Source: an uncultured Chitinophaga sp.
GTDB taxonomy: Bacteria; Bacteroidota; Bacteroidia; Flavobacteriales_D; Crocinitomicaceae
Assembly (NCBI GenBank): GCA_964532475.1
Contig: CAZHLZ010000001.1
Location: 14,891-65,985, forward strand
Length of the DNA stretch: 51,095 nt
Direction of reading: 5' to 3'
Shown: piece by piece, positions 27,092 through 38,328 of the stretch
Position numbering within the stretch: the stretch's first letter is position 1
Layout: each line of letters begins with the position of its first letter
The notes under the pieces: generated by a model
Seen by the model: only the letters and a program-made list of their open reading frames with translations
The model's database searches: none
What the model was told of the DNA's origin: nothing
Position numbers and translations under genes: made by a program

Positions 27092-28260
27092 TTAGAGACT
27101 AAATAAAAAAACCACTTCAAATTGAAGTGGTTTTTTGTTTATGACTAAAAGCCTTTTATTGTTTAACAAAAGTACCCGAGTGTTTGTTCCTTTTGAGGAA
27201 ATAATCGAATAAATGTACACACCTGCTTCAATTTCAGCAACATCAATTGATCCAGAAAAGGCGTTAAATGTATTTAAAGAAACTAATTTACCGTCTAATG
27301 TTCTAATTTCAACCGAAGAGACATTTTCATTTAATTTAAAATTAAATAGGTTATTGACAGGGTTTGGAAAAATCGAAAAAGCACTATTTGAATTTTCAGC
27401 AACACCTAATGTTGGTGCAAAATTTGCAACTGAATTAACACTTGCAATCGCTGGAAATGTGAAAGTTGGGTCTGTACTTACGACATTACCAGAAATGGTC
27501 CAATTTACAAATGTAAAACCTGAATTTGGAGTTGCAGTTACAGTTTGATCTTGCGAAAAAGCACCAGCTCCTGCGGTGGTACCACCATTTGAAGGTAATG
27601 ATGAACACGATACAGTATAAGGCGTAGGAGCATTAGCAAATCGTACAACTGGAAAAATAGCTAAAGAAACATTTTTTGCCCAGTTATTCGGATCCCCAAA
27701 AGTATGAAAAGTATCATTACTCCACAATTCTCCAGTGTGTGTAATTGCGTCTGTAAAATTTTCTTCAGAGGTATAAACTGCAACTGAATCTCCAAGCGTA
27801 GTGGGCAATTCAATTCCCGCCCAAAAAGAACCATTTAAAGGAACATTACAAAGTTGAATAGGAGCACTAACATTATACAAAAAATCACTACCATAAATAA
27901 AAGCAGTGCTCGCTGTATCTATCGAACCTAATGTAACATTGAATCAACCAATTATCGTTCCAGGAACACCATTGTTGTTTTCACGAATTGCTAAAACTAC
28001 TGAAGTAGCTGGAAAAGTACGATATTTGATTGGAGCTGCAATTAAAATGCCTATAATTTGACCTGGGCCATAAACACCAGATGACGCATCGAATAGTTGC
28101 ATTTTAGCTTTATCTCCATAATCATTATTTCCAGAAATATATCCCTGACCAGCAGATCTGATTAATGTTAAACCCGAAAAATGATTCGCCAAAGTATCAT
28201 AATATTGAGCATTCAGCGATAAAGAAAGTAAAAGGCTCAAAGAAAGTAATATTTTTTCAT
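27092..28260 (-). pseudogene. T9SS-secreted protein gene disrupted by an in-frame TGA and an N-terminal homopolymer frameshift
   Basis: ORFs 27944-28240 and 27092-27880 are in the same frame. The 21 codons between them are open, and a single TGA at 27944-27946 separates them. The ATG at 28260 (ATGAAAAAATATTA) is one A short of being in frame with the signal-peptide-like LLSLSLLLSLSLNAQ. A T9SS CTD (FPNPVNNLF...GVYIYSI) lies at the C-terminus. Confidence 0.7.
27104..27136. terminator. Bidirectional terminator hairpin after sufD
   Basis: CCACTTCAA / TTGAAGTGG stem flanked by an A-run and a T-run. Confidence 0.7.
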
Positions 28261-28283
28261 AAGTTATTTTCTAAAAATTAGAC

Positions 28284-28291
28284 CAAATATA
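28284..28291 (-). promoter_or_regulatory. -7 box (TATATTTG) upstream of the disrupted T9SS gene
   Basis: TAnnTTTG match about 24 nt upstream of the ATG at 28260. Confidence 0.4.
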
Positions 28292-28546
28292 CCAATGTTT
28301 TTAAAATCACGAGCTGCTATTTAAGTCAGGTTTATTTTCGTATTAAGGCACCTTAAATCCGTCTAAATAAAATTTAAATTCGAAAAGCAACTTTCAGGTA
28401 TTTTGACTTTAAGGAACCTAATGCAATAGTTGGATATAGAATATTTCTTCCAGCAAAAAAGAGATAAAACTTTTATCAATTTTTAAAAAAAATATAAAAA
28501 GAAACAAAGACAACAATAGTTCGAATCGAAGTTAAAATTTAATCTT

Positions 28547-28795
28547 CTAAGAATTCAAAAAATCACGCAAAATTGGAATTGTAGTTTTTCCAATTCCATG
28601 CAATTTCAACAATTCATCCTCTGAATAACCTGCCAATTTTTCTAATGAGTCAATTCCAGCGTTTTCAAGTGCTCGCCTTGCTGGTGCAGATAATTTTGGA
28701 ATAAAAAAATCATCTTTTCCATGCTCACAAATTGGACAAACAGGACAATCGCTGGTCTTATAAAAACTATGACCTTTTACACAATTTTTCTGCAT
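28547..28795 (-). CDS. Small zinc-ribbon plus helix-hairpin-helix protein (RpoA-CTD-like)
   Basis: C-x10-CPVCPIC motif at the N-terminus and an HhH-like LLKLHGIGKTTI at the C-terminus. Confidence 0.55.
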   Translation of the reverse strand: MQKNCVKGHSFYKTSDCPVCPICEHGKDDFFIPKLSAPARRALENAGIDSLEKLAGYSEDELLKLHGIGKTTIPILRDFLNS

Positions 28796-28848
28796 ACAAT
28801 TATGATTAAGTTTTCTCTTACAAATTTATAATAAAAATGATTTAAATG

Positions 28849-28876
28849 AAAAAAGCTGGGCAGAAACTACCCAGCT
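28849..28876 (-). terminator. Intrinsic terminator of recA
   Basis: AGCTGGG / CCCAGCT stem followed by T6 on the minus strand. Confidence 0.7.
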
Positions 28877-28895
28877 TAAACTAAACGATATGCAG

Positions 28896-29930
28896 TTAGT
28901 CTTGCAATATTAATGACTTAACATCATTTCCTGCAAGAGCGTCTTTAATCTTGTTTTCTAATTCATCCATCAATTCGATATTGTCACCAATTAAAGTCTT
29001 AACAGCGTCTCTGCCTTGCCCTAGTTTTGTTTCACCATAAGAAAACCAGGAGCCACTTTTCTTCACAATATTTAATTCAACAGCTAAATCAATAATTTCA
29101 CCGACTTTAGAAATTCCACCTCCGTACATAATATCAAATTCAGCTTTTCTAAATGGCGGCGCAACTTTGTTTTTAACAATCTTCACTTTTACATGGTTAC
29201 CCATTATTTCTTCTCCATCTTTAATTTGAGCTGCTCTTCGGATATCCACTCTTACAGAAGCATAAAATTTTAATGCATTTCCACCAGTAGTGGTTTCAGG
29301 GTTACCGAACATTACTCCAATTTTATCACGCAATTGATTGATAAAAATACAACAGCATTTTGCTTTTGAAATCGAACCAGTTAATTTTCTCAAAGCTTTT
29401 GACATCAATCTTGCTTGAAGTCCCATTTGAGAATCACCCATTTCACCTTCAATCTCAGCTTTAGGAGTTAAAGCAGCAACTGAATCAATCACAATTAAAT
29501 CAATTGCTCCGGAACGAATTAAATTATCCGCAATTTCTAAAGCTTGTTCCCCATTATCTGGTTGTGAAATAAGTAAATTATCAATATCAACTCCTAATTT
29601 TTGAGCATAAAATTGATCAAAAGCGTGCTCTGCATCAATAAAAGCTGCAATTCCACCTTGTTTTTGAACTTCCGCAATAGCATGAATTGCCAAGGTTGTT
29701 TTCCCAGATGATTCAGGACCATATATTTCAACAATTCTTCCCTTCGGATAACCGTTAACTCCTAGAGCTAAATCTAAGGTTAGCGAACCAGAAGGAATTA
29801 CTTCTAAATGTTCTACTGGTTCGTCACCTAATTTCATAACGGTACCTTTTCCGTAAGTTTTGTCAAGCTTTTCCATTGTTAGTTGAAGAGCTTTTAATTT
29901 TTCTGTGTTTACTTCTTTTTTAACTGACAT
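28896..29930 (-). CDS. recA: Recombinase RecA
   Basis: Walker [10 protein letters not shown] and an unmistakable RecA sequence throughout. Confidence 0.97.
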   Translation of the reverse strand: MSVKKEVNTEKLKALQLTMEKLDKTYGKGTVMKLGDEPVEHLEVIPSGSLTLDLALGVNGYPKGRIVEIYGPESSGKTTLAIHAIAEVQKQGGIAAFIDAEHAFDQFYAQKLGVDIDNLLISQPDNGEQALEIADNLIRSGAIDLIVIDSVAALTPKAEIEGEMGDSQMGLQARLMSKALRKLTGSISKAKCCCIFINQLRDKIGVMFGNPETTTGGNALKFYASVRVDIRRAAQIKDGEEIMGNHVKVKIVKNKVAPPFRKAEFDIMYGGGISKVGEIIDLAVELNIVKKSGSWFSYGETKLGQGRDAVKTLIGDNIELMDELENKIKDALAGNDVKSLILQD

Positions 29931-30053
29931 ATCTATTTGTTTTTATTTGTAAAAAGTGGTCTAATTCTTCCTCGTTTCAAAAAGTTTTAAACCTACTGTG
30001 ATTATTTATGCTACAAAGTTACGAGCACTAGTACGTAATCTATTTACGTTCTG

Positions 30054-30521
30054 CTAATTATTTTCAAAAATTTCTAAAATTTCTTCACTATGCGCCTTTG
30101 TTTTGGGTTTTTCAATGATACCAATAATGCTATTTTTCTCATTCATAATAAAGGTTGTACGGTGAATACCATCGTAAACTTTTCCCATAAATTTTTTGGT
30201 ACCCCATACTCCAAATAATTCGATTACCTTTTTATCTGTATCAGAAATAAGGGGAAAAGGCAAATCAAACTTTTCAATAAAACGTTGATGTAATCTTTCA
30301 TCATCCATACTAACACCAATAATTGAAATCCCCTTTTCTTTTAAAATGGAGTAATTATCTCTAATATTACACGCTTGAGTGGTGCATCCTGGTGTCAAAT
30401 CTTTTGGATAAAAATAAATTGCCCACTTTTTGCCTTCAAAGTCTGTTGATTTAATGATTTCACCTAATTGATTTTTTGCCTCAAATTTTGGTGCTTGATC
30501 GCCTATTTTTAAGTGTTTCAT
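30054..30521 (-). CDS. bcp: Thioredoxin-dependent peroxiredoxin Bcp
   Basis: YFYPKDLTPGCTTQAC active-site motif; 155 aa. Confidence 0.9.
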   Translation of the reverse strand: MKHLKIGDQAPKFEAKNQLGEIIKSTDFEGKKWAIYFYPKDLTPGCTTQACNIRDNYSILKEKGISIIGVSMDDERLHQRFIEKFDLPFPLISDTDKKVIELFGVWGTKKFMGKVYDGIHRTTFIMNEKNSIIGIIEKPKTKAHSEEILEIFENN

Positions 30522-30606
30522 TTGATTTTTGCTTATTTTTTAATACTAAAAATGATTATTTATTAATCAAAGATAATAATAAAAAATAAATATGCAAACA
30601 TTTTTT

Positions 30607-30636
30607 CAAAAAAAAACCTGCAAAATTTTTGCAGGT
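30607..30636 (-). terminator. Terminator after RNase P RNA
   Basis: ACCTGCA / TGCAGGT stem followed by a T9 run on the minus strand. Confidence 0.7.
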
Positions 30637-30645
30637 TAAAAAAAC

Positions 30646-31017
30646 AAATCATAAGCCGGGTTCTGTTTCAACAAATTCAAGAAGAAAGTGTTTAGCTATC
30701 ATTTCTCTAGTTCCGACTTCACAATCGGAATCAATCGACCTACCCTCTGAGTTGGACGAGCAGCCCTTTTATCCGAAAAATCGGAAATCCCCAGTTTACA
30801 TGGTCTTTCAGTTCGTAAGGTTTACCTTGCACTAATTATCACTAATTAGACGGTGAGCTCTTACCTCGCCTTTTCACCTTTTCCCCAAACAAGTTCGGGG
30901 TAGTTTTCCTTTCTGTGGCACTTTCTGTCTTCGTTTACACGAATCCTTCCCGTTAGGAAGTACGATGCTCTGCACTGCCCAGACTTTCCTCCTACCGTAG
31001 CAGGCGATAGCTGATTT
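30646..31017 (-). ncRNA. rnpB: RNase P RNA, bacterial type A
   Basis: On the minus strand, GAGGAAAGTCTGGGC lies near the 5' end (plus 30976-30990) and ACAGAACCCGGCTTA near the 3' end (plus 30652-30666). The P1 pairing is AAATCA / TGATTT. Length is about 372 nt. Confidence 0.85.
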
Positions 31018-31024
31018 GTAAAAA

Positions 31025-31032
31025 CAAAGGTA
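31025..31032 (-). promoter_or_regulatory. -7 box (TACCTTTG) for rnpB
   Basis: TAnnTTTG match ending about 7 nt upstream of the inferred RNA 5' end. Confidence 0.5.
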
Positions 31033-31063
31033 CAAAAAAAGTGCTTACCTTTCGATAAGCACT
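31033..31063 (-). terminator. Intrinsic terminator of the PKD/T9SS type-B gene
   Basis: AGTGCTTA / TAAGCACT stem followed by T7 on the minus strand. Confidence 0.75.
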
Positions 31064-31086
31064 TTACTATTATACAATTTTAAATA

Positions 31087-34000
31087 TTATTTACCTAAAG
31101 TTCCGATTAAAGTAACAAAACCATTAACATTAATTGGCTCATCATTTTTTAAGGTACCTTTCAAGGTGTAAAAATATGTCCCTTCATTGCAAAGCTTACT
31201 ACTACTTTGATCAATACCGTTCCACAAATATCTCGGTTTACTAACATCTCTTTTGCCCTCGTAAACAACATTACCCCAACGATTCACAATTGTAATATCG
31301 AAATCTTTGAATACATCTGCAAAAAGAGCTAAATCAGCATTTGGACCGTTAGAACCTAAACCTGTAAATACATTTGGCATATCAAATTTGATATCAATAT
31401 AAAACGATTTTGTAAAATCATCCGTACAACCTCTATCATCTTGAACAGTCAAAGTTACAGTAACATCTCCACCTACAAAATATTGATTAGATTGATCAAT
31501 TCCAGTTGCTACTGTGTCAATTCTACCATCGCCAAAATCCCAGATCCATTCAATGATGTTGCCTAAAGATGACTGTGAAGCATCATCAAAAATAACATTT
31601 GTCCCAAGATTAATCTCGTCCGTGTTAGTTGTAAAAAGTGCTTCCACCCCATTTGGTGCAATTTCAACAGTATCCTTGTATGGTACAGCACAACCTACAT
31701 CATCAATCAAAGTAATTGTCGTGAAATAAGTTTGCACACCAGAATATTCGTGGTTAAATAAATTATCCCCTTCTTCAGCGCTTGTCACTGAAGTTCCATC
31801 TCCTAAATCCCATGTCCAACTAGCAACTTGATCAGGATTTGTTAATGCAAAATCAAATGTTTGCCCACAAGGACCAGGAACTAAGGTAATCTGTGGATCA
31901 CCAGAAGGACCTTGAATTACTAAAAAGTCATCAGTAAATAAAGTATCGATACAACCACCAGCCGCAATAATAAACCTTAGATCGTACGTTCCAGGAGTCA
32001 AAATTTGAATACCTTGCGGATTTTGTTCATTTGTTAAACTACTTGCAACACCATTTTCTCCAAAATTTGGTTCACCAATCAAGTTCAATTGCCATGCCCA
32101 ATTTGAGACTGGAGTTCCAGTTGAAATGGAAGCATCCGTTAAGTTAAGTACAACAGGTGGACAAGTAAATTCATTATTTTGACCTGTTGAAGTTCCTAGT
32201 GCAGTATATGTAAAAGCAGCCTGAGGTGCTATAATTGTAATAGATTGTGCTGGTTGTAATGTATCTCGGCAACCTTCCACATCCTCAACAATTAGGCCAA
32301 CAGTATGAATTGCAGAAGTAATCGCAGGATCTGTAATTTCCCAAGTTGGAGGAAAAGGAATACTTGATAAACCAGAGGCTGGAAGTTGAGTACCATCGAT
32401 TATCCAAGTATAACCAGTTGCTGGGTTAATGTTTCCATTTCCAGTAAAGGTAATTAAACCATTCGCAATATCACTATTACAAACCTGACCCGCGATGTTT
32501 AAACCTGCATTTGGCTGATTAACAATCGCTGAGGCCGAGAATGGAATTGAAACACATCCAAATGCATCTTCCGCAACTAAGGTGTATGTTGTGTTTTGAT
32601 TCACGTTCGTAGGAGCTGTTTCATTGTAGTTGCCTGTTACCAAAGGAGTTCCACCGTTTATTGTCCACGTAAATCCGTCAGTAGCTGACCATCCTGTTGT
32701 ATTACTTCCAAGTGTATATCCACCGGGTGCATGAGAAGAAGCATTGGTCGCTTGAGTTGGATATGGAATTCCAACACAACCACTCACATCGGTTAAAGAG
32801 AAATTTGCAATTGGAAGAGCAAGAGCCGTCATTTGTCCAAAGGCAGTAGCTGAACACCCAACCGCATTAGTAGTTGTTAAGGTGATTGGAACAATACCTG
32901 GTGCACTAATTGAAGAACCTGTACCCGATGAACCAGAGAAAGATCCATTAGTAGAAGTAAAGTTATGTGAAACTGGCCCATGACTATTGTGTGTAAATTC
33001 GATATCTGGACTATCAAAACGAGGAATCATGTTAAATGGACTTCCAACGCAAACTGAATCTCGGTCATCAAAGAATACTTGATTCAAAGGAGCTTCGTCA
33101 AAAACATAATCAGTTGAAATCCAAGAAACGTTTATTGTTGCAGTTGTACTATCAATACATCCTGTCGTTCTGTTTTCAATTACCTGAGTAATTTGATAAG
33201 TACCGTATTGTAAGTAAGTATGAGCCACTGGCACACCGGTAGTTTGAGCATTTAAATTTACATTGGCTGGATCTACTCCACCTCCGTTATCACCACCCAA
33301 AGTTGGATTATCATCTAAAAACAAATCATTTTCTTCGACTAGATCTGTTGTTCCATCACCCCATCTGTAAATTAACACAACATCATCATCCGCTTGACTT
33401 GGAATAAGTGAATCAAGTACCTGCGTAGAAGCAGTAAAGCCATGCCCATAAATTGATTGAGAATCATCAATGTTAACAACGGCACCTGTTTGGTTTGGAA
33501 TACCTAAATTTGTTGTATCACAAAATAAACTTACTCCCGCTTGAAACTTAGAAATTGGAGCCGAAATATAAATTTGGTTTAATCTTTTTGTCGTATCTCT
33601 ACAACCTCTAAAATTTATTTCTAACCAAACATCAGTTCCAGGGAGACCGTTCCCAACACTAATGTTTTGCATGGTGTCAGTAAATTGTTTTGTATAAGTT
33701 TCAGTTGTTCCTTCTGGAGTCTCATTGAAAAACCATTGTCTTTGAATATCAGTATCATCATGAGGACACGCAATATTTGTAATATCTTCAAATTCAAAAG
33801 GTTTTTTAATACAATCATTTTTATGGTCTTGAGTGAAATCAGGAACAGTATGTGTACCATATTTTAACAACAAGTTTGGAGCACCCGTAGAAGATGTTTC
33901 ATAACCAGAAGCATTAGGAATCGCACCATCAGATAATACAACAGTATCACGACATGTACCGCTAACAATTATTAAGGTTACATCATAGATACCACACAAA

Positions 34001-35283
34001 TAGGTATGTGTTGGGTTTTGTGTATTAGAAAGTGGTGAACCATCGCCAAAATTCCAAATCCATTGATTAACTGCAGGTGATGTTGTTGAAAGGTCTGTAA
34101 ATTGAATGTTTTGGCCTTCACAACCATCTTTTAAATCCACCTTAAAATTAGCAATTGGTGAACTTAAAACTATTGGAGTTCCTGAGGCACTAGCGGTACA
34201 ACCATCTTGATTTGTTACTGTAACTGATGGTGTAAAAGTTCCATTTCCAGAGTACACTTGTGGAGTTGGATTTGCACCAGTAAAAATAGGAGTTCCATTT
34301 CCGAAATTCCAAGCAAAAGTCAATCCTGCAGGGTTAGTCGTATTTGTAAAAGGAACAATAGCAGGTGCACAATCAGCTGACTGAGCTCCCTGTGTAAAAG
34401 TTGGAACTGGAGGTAAAGCATTTATAGTAATTATACCAGTAGCTGTGCTATTACATGGAACCGCACTATTACTAGAGGATAAATTTATTGTATATACTCC
34501 TGGACCACTAAAGGATACAGAAGGATTTTGATCGTTCGCAGAACTAAATGTGGCTGCACCTATTACTGCAACACCAGGGGTAGCTGACCATGTCCAAGAA
34601 TTAACACCAACGGTTGAATTATCATTAAAAGTAACTGATTCTCCAACACAAGCTTCCGTTGGCAAAATCATTGCAGTTTCATAATTAGATACATTCATTG
34701 TTCTTGTAGCTGTTGCGGAACAACCAGTAACTGGGTCTGTTACAACTAAAGTGACATCATAATCATTTGGTGTTGTATAATTTATCATTGGTGGATTAGC
34801 ACCTGTGAAAGTTCCTGGATTTCCATTTTCGAAAGTCCAAACAAAAGTTGAACCAGGAGTAGAACTTGAAACATCATAAGTAACACCAAATGGAACATTG
34901 CAGCTATTTACTGCTGCACCGATTGCCGCATTGACACCTGGAACAACTGTTAAGACATCTTGTAAAGGAGCACCTACAGCAGAACCATTTTGATATTGAT
35001 TAATTACCCCAGCGCGATACACTCCAGGAATGGGATTGTCGATACAAAAATCTTGGCCAGGTTGAGATGTACCACTTATTGGAGTACCATTTGGATCAAA
35101 AATACTCCAAATACTATTTACCAAAGGAGAAGGACCAGGAATTGAAGTAGATGTTGAAAAGCATGCTGATTCTCCAACACAAACTAACGCATCTGGTGTT
35201 GAAATTACTGCTGTTTGGGAAAAACTAAAAAAGCTAATCAATACAACAATAAAACTTAAAATGTGTTTCATAATTATTTTCAT
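31087..35283 (-). CDS. Large multi-PKD-domain surface protein with a T9SS type-B (gliding-motility-associated) C-terminal domain
   Basis: Recurrent PKD signatures (F.D.S......W.W.FGDG....QNP.H.Y). The C-terminal MPNVFTGLGSNG...NRWGNVVYEG...WNGID...GTYFYTL matches the type-B sorting domain. Confidence 0.8.
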   Translation of the reverse strand: MKIIMKHILSFIVVLISFFSFSQTAVISTPDALVCVGESACFSTSTSIPGPSPLVNSIWSIFDPNGTPISGTSQPGQDFCIDNPIPGVYRAGVINQYQNGSAVGAPLQDVLTVVPGVNAAIGAAVNSCNVPFGVTYDVSSSTPGSTFVWTFENGNPGTFTGANPPMINYTTPNDYDVTLVVTDPVTGCSATATRTMNVSNYETAMILPTEACVGESVTFNDNSTVGVNSWTWSATPGVAVIGAATFSSANDQNPSVSFSGPGVYTINLSSSNSAVPCNSTATGIITINALPPVPTFTQGAQSADCAPAIVPFTNTTNPAGLTFAWNFGNGTPIFTGANPTPQVYSGNGTFTPSVTVTNQDGCTASASGTPIVLSSPIANFKVDLKDGCEGQNIQFTDLSTTSPAVNQWIWNFGDGSPLSNTQNPTHTYLCGIYDVTLIIVSGTCRDTVVLSDGAIPNASGYETSSTGAPNLLLKYGTHTVPDFTQDHKNDCIKKPFEFEDITNIACPHDDTDIQRQWFFNETPEGTTETYTKQFTDTMQNISVGNGLPGTDVWLEINFRGCRDTTKRLNQIYISAPISKFQAGVSLFCDTTNLGIPNQTGAVVNIDDSQSIYGHGFTASTQVLDSLIPSQADDDVVLIYRWGDGTTDLVEENDLFLDDNPTLGGDNGGGVDPANVNLNAQTTGVPVAHTYLQYGTYQITQVIENRTTGCIDSTTATINVSWISTDYVFDEAPLNQVFFDDRDSVCVGSPFNMIPRFDSPDIEFTHNSHGPVSHNFTSTNGSFSGSSGTGSSISAPGIVPITLTTTNAVGCSATAFGQMTALALPIANFSLTDVSGCVGIPYPTQATNASSHAPGGYTLGSNTTGWSATDGFTWTINGGTPLVTGNYNETAPTNVNQNTTYTLVAEDAFGCVSIPFSASAIVNQPNAGLNIAGQVCNSDIANGLITFTGNGNINPATGYTWIIDGTQLPASGLSSIPFPPTWEITDPAITSAIHTVGLIVEDVEGCRDTLQPAQSITIIAPQAAFTYTALGTSTGQNNEFTCPPVVLNLTDASISTGTPVSNWAWQLNLIGEPNFGENGVASSLTNEQNPQGIQILTPGTYDLRFIIAAGGCIDTLFTDDFLVIQGPSGDPQITLVPGPCGQTFDFALTNPDQVASWTWDLGDGTSVTSAEEGDNLFNHEYSGVQTYFTTITLIDDVGCAVPYKDTVEIAPNGVEALFTTNTDEINLGTNVIFDDASQSSLGNIIEWIWDFGDGRIDTVATGIDQSNQYFVGGDVTVTLTVQDDRGCTDDFTKSFYIDIKFDMPNVFTGLGSNGPNADLALFADVFKDFDITIVNRWGNVVYEGKRDVSKPRYLWNGIDQSSSKLCNEGTYFYTLKGTLKNDEPINVNGFVTLIGTLGK

Positions 35284-35360
35284 TTAAGATTCAAAATTAA
35301 AAACATAGACGAAACTATGCTTAACTTTGTAACGGAAATTGTTAATAAAAGTTATTATTT

Positions 35361-35396
35361 TCGACAAAAATACAAAAATTATCGACAAAAATACAA
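35361..35396. repeat. Tandem 21-bp-period duplication carrying two -7-box matches
   Basis: TCGACAAAAATACAA occurs at 35361-35375 and 35382-35396. On the minus strand each copy contains TATTTTTG. Confidence 0.8.
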
Positions 35397-35592
35397 TTTG
35401 TGTTATTTAAATTGTTAATAAACCTATTGAAACAATTTAACTCTTGGAAATTCAAGGTTACAAAAATGTGCTTATTGTGGATAAAGTTCAAATTCTAAAA
35501 ATTTAAACTATTTCTATCTTATGAAATATCTTTATAAAAACTTGAGTTTTTGAATCCTAATGATGACGCTTTTCACTATTTGCCAGTAAATC

Positions 35593-38262
35593 TTAAAGAA
35601 TCACACTTCCCAACCAGCGTTCCATTTCTTCAAACGACTTTCCTTTTCGTTCAGCAATGGATTTCACTTGCTCGTTAGTGATTTTTCCTAATCCAAAATA
35701 CTTGGCTTGTGGATGCGCAAAATACCAACCTGAAACAGAGGCTGTTGGATACATCGCTAAACTTTCAGTTAAACTTACTCCGCTCAATTTCGTTGCATCT
35801 AAGATTTCAAATAAAGTTACTTTTTCGGTGTGGTCTGGACAAGCTGGATATCCTGGTGCAGGACGAATTCCACGGTATTTTTCTTTGATTAAATCGTCGT
35901 TTTGTAAGTTTTCGTCGCTCGCGTAGCCCCAATAATCTTTACGAACCAATTCGTGCAAATGTTCCGCAAAAGCTTCTGCCAAACGATCTCCAAGTGCTTT
36001 TAGCAAAATAGAAGAATAATCATCGTGGTCTTTTTCAAATTCAGCTACTTTTTCGTCTAAGCCAAGGCCCGTTGTGACAACAAAGGCACCCAAATAATCA
36101 GCAAAATTCGTTTCTTTAGGTGCAATAAAGTCTGCTAAGGCAATATTCGGAACTCCTTGCGCTTTTGTTGTTTGTTGACGTAAACTGTATTGAACAGCTT
36201 GTATTTTTGAACGCGAATCATCGGTATAAATTTCGATATCATCTCCAATCGCATTCGCTGGAAATAAACCAAATACAGCATTCGCTTGCAACCATTTTTC
36301 ACTGACAATTTTCTGCAACATTTCTTGTGCATCAGCAAAAAGTTTTGTTGCTTCCACTCCAACCACTTCGTCTTCTAAAATATTCGGATATTTTCCGTGC
36401 AGTTCCCACGTTTGGAAAAAAGGTGTCCAATCGATGTAAGGAACTAATTTATGTAAGGGATAAGCTTTCAATTCCTTAACGCCCAATTCTTTTGGTTTCG
36501 CAATATCTTCAGCCTTCCATTCAATTTGGAATTTATTTTTTTGTGCTTGTTCTAAAGAAAGTAAATTCTTTTCTGAACGGTGCTTTTCGTGGTGTTCGCG
36601 TAGTTTTTGATAATCTGCTTTTAGCTCATTGACAAAATCGTCTTTTTTGTGTCCCAATAAACTTTCCACAACTGTAACTGCTCGAGAAGCATCTAAGACG
36701 TGAACCGTTTGTCCTTTGGTGTAATTTTGTTCAATTTTTACGGCAGTATGAACTCGTGAAGTTGTCGCACCACCAATCATCAAAGGAATCGACAAGCCAG
36801 CACGTTCCATTTCTTTAGCAACATGCACCATTTCATCCAAAGAAGGAGTAATCAAACCACTTAATCCAATCACATCCACATTTTCTTTGATGGCAGTTTC
36901 GATGATTTTTTCCGTTGGAACCATCACACCAATATCGATCACTTCATAGTTATTACAGCCTAAAACAACACCCACAATATTTTTTCCAATGTCGTGAACG
37001 TCGCCTTTTACAGTTGCCATCAAGACTTTTCCTGCTGAGGAACTTTTTCCATTTTTTTCGGCCTCAATATAAGGAAGTAAAACGGCAACAGCTTTCTTCA
37101 TTACACGAGCAGATTTTACAACTTGTGGCAAGAACATTTTTCCGCTACCGAATAAATCTCCAACCACGTTCATTCCATCCATCAATGGACCTTCAATCAC
37201 TTCAATTGGTCGCGCATATAATTTTCTGCATTCTTCCGTGTCTTCGTCAATAAATTCAACGATTCCTTTTACCAAGGCATGTTTTAATCGTTCTTGCACA
37301 GAAACATTTCTCCACGATAAATCCACTTCTTTCTTAGTGGCATCGCCTTTCACTGTTTCCGCAAATTCTAATAATCTTTCAGTAGCGTCAGGTCTGCGAT
37401 TCAACATCACATCTTCCACATGTTCCAACAAATCTTTCGGGATATCGTCGTAAATCTCAATCATCGTTGGATTCACAATTCCCATGTCCATTCCTTCTTT
37501 GATTGCATGATACAAAAACACGGAATGCATGGCTTCACGCACTTTGTTATTTCCTCTAAATGAGAAAGAAACATTTGAAACACCACCACTTACATGCGCA
37601 CCTGGCAGATTTGTACGAATCCATTTTGTCGCTCTGAAAAAATCCAAGGCATTGTTATTGTGTTCGTCCATGCCCGTTGCCACAGGGAAAATATTTGGAT
37701 CGAAAATAATATCCTGAGCTGGGAAATTTACTTTATCTACCAAAACACGGTAAGAGCGTTCGCAAATTTCAATTCTTCGTTCATACGAATCCGCTTGACC
37801 TTGTTCATCAAAAGCCATCACAATTACTGCTGCACCGTAACGTTTGATTTTTTTGGCTTGAGCAATGAAGTTTTCTTCTCCTTCTTTCAAGGAAATTGAG
37901 TTTACAATACCTTTTCCTTGAATGCATTGCAAACCAGCTTCAATGATTTCCCATTTCGAACTGTCAATCATCACTGGAATACGCGAAATATCTGGTTCAG
38001 AAGCCATCAAATTCAAAAATTTAACCATCGCTTCTTTACCGTCAATCATTCCTTCATCCATATTCACATCGATGATTTGCGCACCACCTTCAACCTGCTC
38101 CAAGGCAACAGAAAGAGCATCTTCAAAGCGATTTTCTTGAATCATGCGCAAAAAAGCACGTGAGCCAGTTACGTTGGTGCGTTCACCTATGTTGATGAAA
38201 TTTGATTCTGGCGTTACAACCAATGGCTCAAGACCGGATAATTTTAATGGGGGTAAATTCAT
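35593..38262 (-). CDS. metH: Methionine synthase, pterin-binding + B12-binding + AdoMet-activation modules
   Basis: Begins at the LKLSGLEPL linker motif. [12 protein letters not shown] is the B12 DxHxxG motif. The 889 aa are collinear with E. coli MetH from about residue 345 to the end. Confidence 0.93.
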   Translation of the reverse strand: MNLPPLKLSGLEPLVVTPESNFINIGERTNVTGSRAFLRMIQENRFEDALSVALEQVEGGAQIIDVNMDEGMIDGKEAMVKFLNLMASEPDISRIPVMIDSSKWEIIEAGLQCIQGKGIVNSISLKEGEENFIAQAKKIKRYGAAVIVMAFDEQGQADSYERRIEICERSYRVLVDKVNFPAQDIIFDPNIFPVATGMDEHNNNALDFFRATKWIRTNLPGAHVSGGVSNVSFSFRGNNKVREAMHSVFLYHAIKEGMDMGIVNPTMIEIYDDIPKDLLEHVEDVMLNRRPDATERLLEFAETVKGDATKKEVDLSWRNVSVQERLKHALVKGIVEFIDEDTEECRKLYARPIEVIEGPLMDGMNVVGDLFGSGKMFLPQVVKSARVMKKAVAVLLPYIEAEKNGKSSSAGKVLMATVKGDVHDIGKNIVGVVLGCNNYEVIDIGVMVPTEKIIETAIKENVDVIGLSGLITPSLDEMVHVAKEMERAGLSIPLMIGGATTSRVHTAVKIEQNYTKGQTVHVLDASRAVTVVESLLGHKKDDFVNELKADYQKLREHHEKHRSEKNLLSLEQAQKNKFQIEWKAEDIAKPKELGVKELKAYPLHKLVPYIDWTPFFQTWELHGKYPNILEDEVVGVEATKLFADAQEMLQKIVSEKWLQANAVFGLFPANAIGDDIEIYTDDSRSKIQAVQYSLRQQTTKAQGVPNIALADFIAPKETNFADYLGAFVVTTGLGLDEKVAEFEKDHDDYSSILLKALGDRLAEAFAEHLHELVRKDYWGYASDENLQNDDLIKEKYRGIRPAPGYPACPDHTEKVTLFEILDATKLSGVSLTESLAMYPTASVSGWYFAHPQAKYFGLGKITNEQVKSIAERKGKSFEEMERWLGSVIL

Positions 38263-38271
38263 AATAATTTA

Positions 38272-38321
38272 GAATGAAGAATGTAGAATTGAGAATATTG
38301 TTCCGTATTCAATCCACATCC
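38272..38321. repeat. Heptad-phased array at the 3' flank of four-helix-bundle gene 2
   Basis: GAATGAA GAATGTA GAATTGA GAATATT followed by a degenerate inverted copy (ATTCAATCCACATCC). Confidence 0.8.
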
Positions 38322-38328
38322 TTAAAAT

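Noticed and set aside
27944-27946. In-frame TGA as recoding (selenocysteine, or a genetic code with TGA=Trp/Gly)
   Set aside because: TGA clearly terminates conserved genes in this window at their expected ends (pdxA at 3470-3472, the DegT gene at 17005-17007, the acetyltransferase at 15450-15452). I saw no SECIS-like context, and the same gene has a second lesion. A nonsense mutation is the simpler reading.
27066-28546. Missing sufS/sufE after sufD as a sign of operon disruption
   Set aside because: sufD is followed by a clean bidirectional terminator, and suf operons vary in content. The window alone cannot show whether sufS/sufE lie elsewhere in the genome.
30629-30835. 68-aa plus-strand ORF
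   Set aside because: It lies entirely antisense to and inside the RNase P RNA gene, so it is an ORF-caller artefact.
35657-38163. Numerous 60-110-aa plus-strand ORFs inside metH, with similar ones inside accC, sufB, the M43 protease and the DegT gene
   Set aside because: They are antisense or alternate-frame shadows within well-supported conserved genes.
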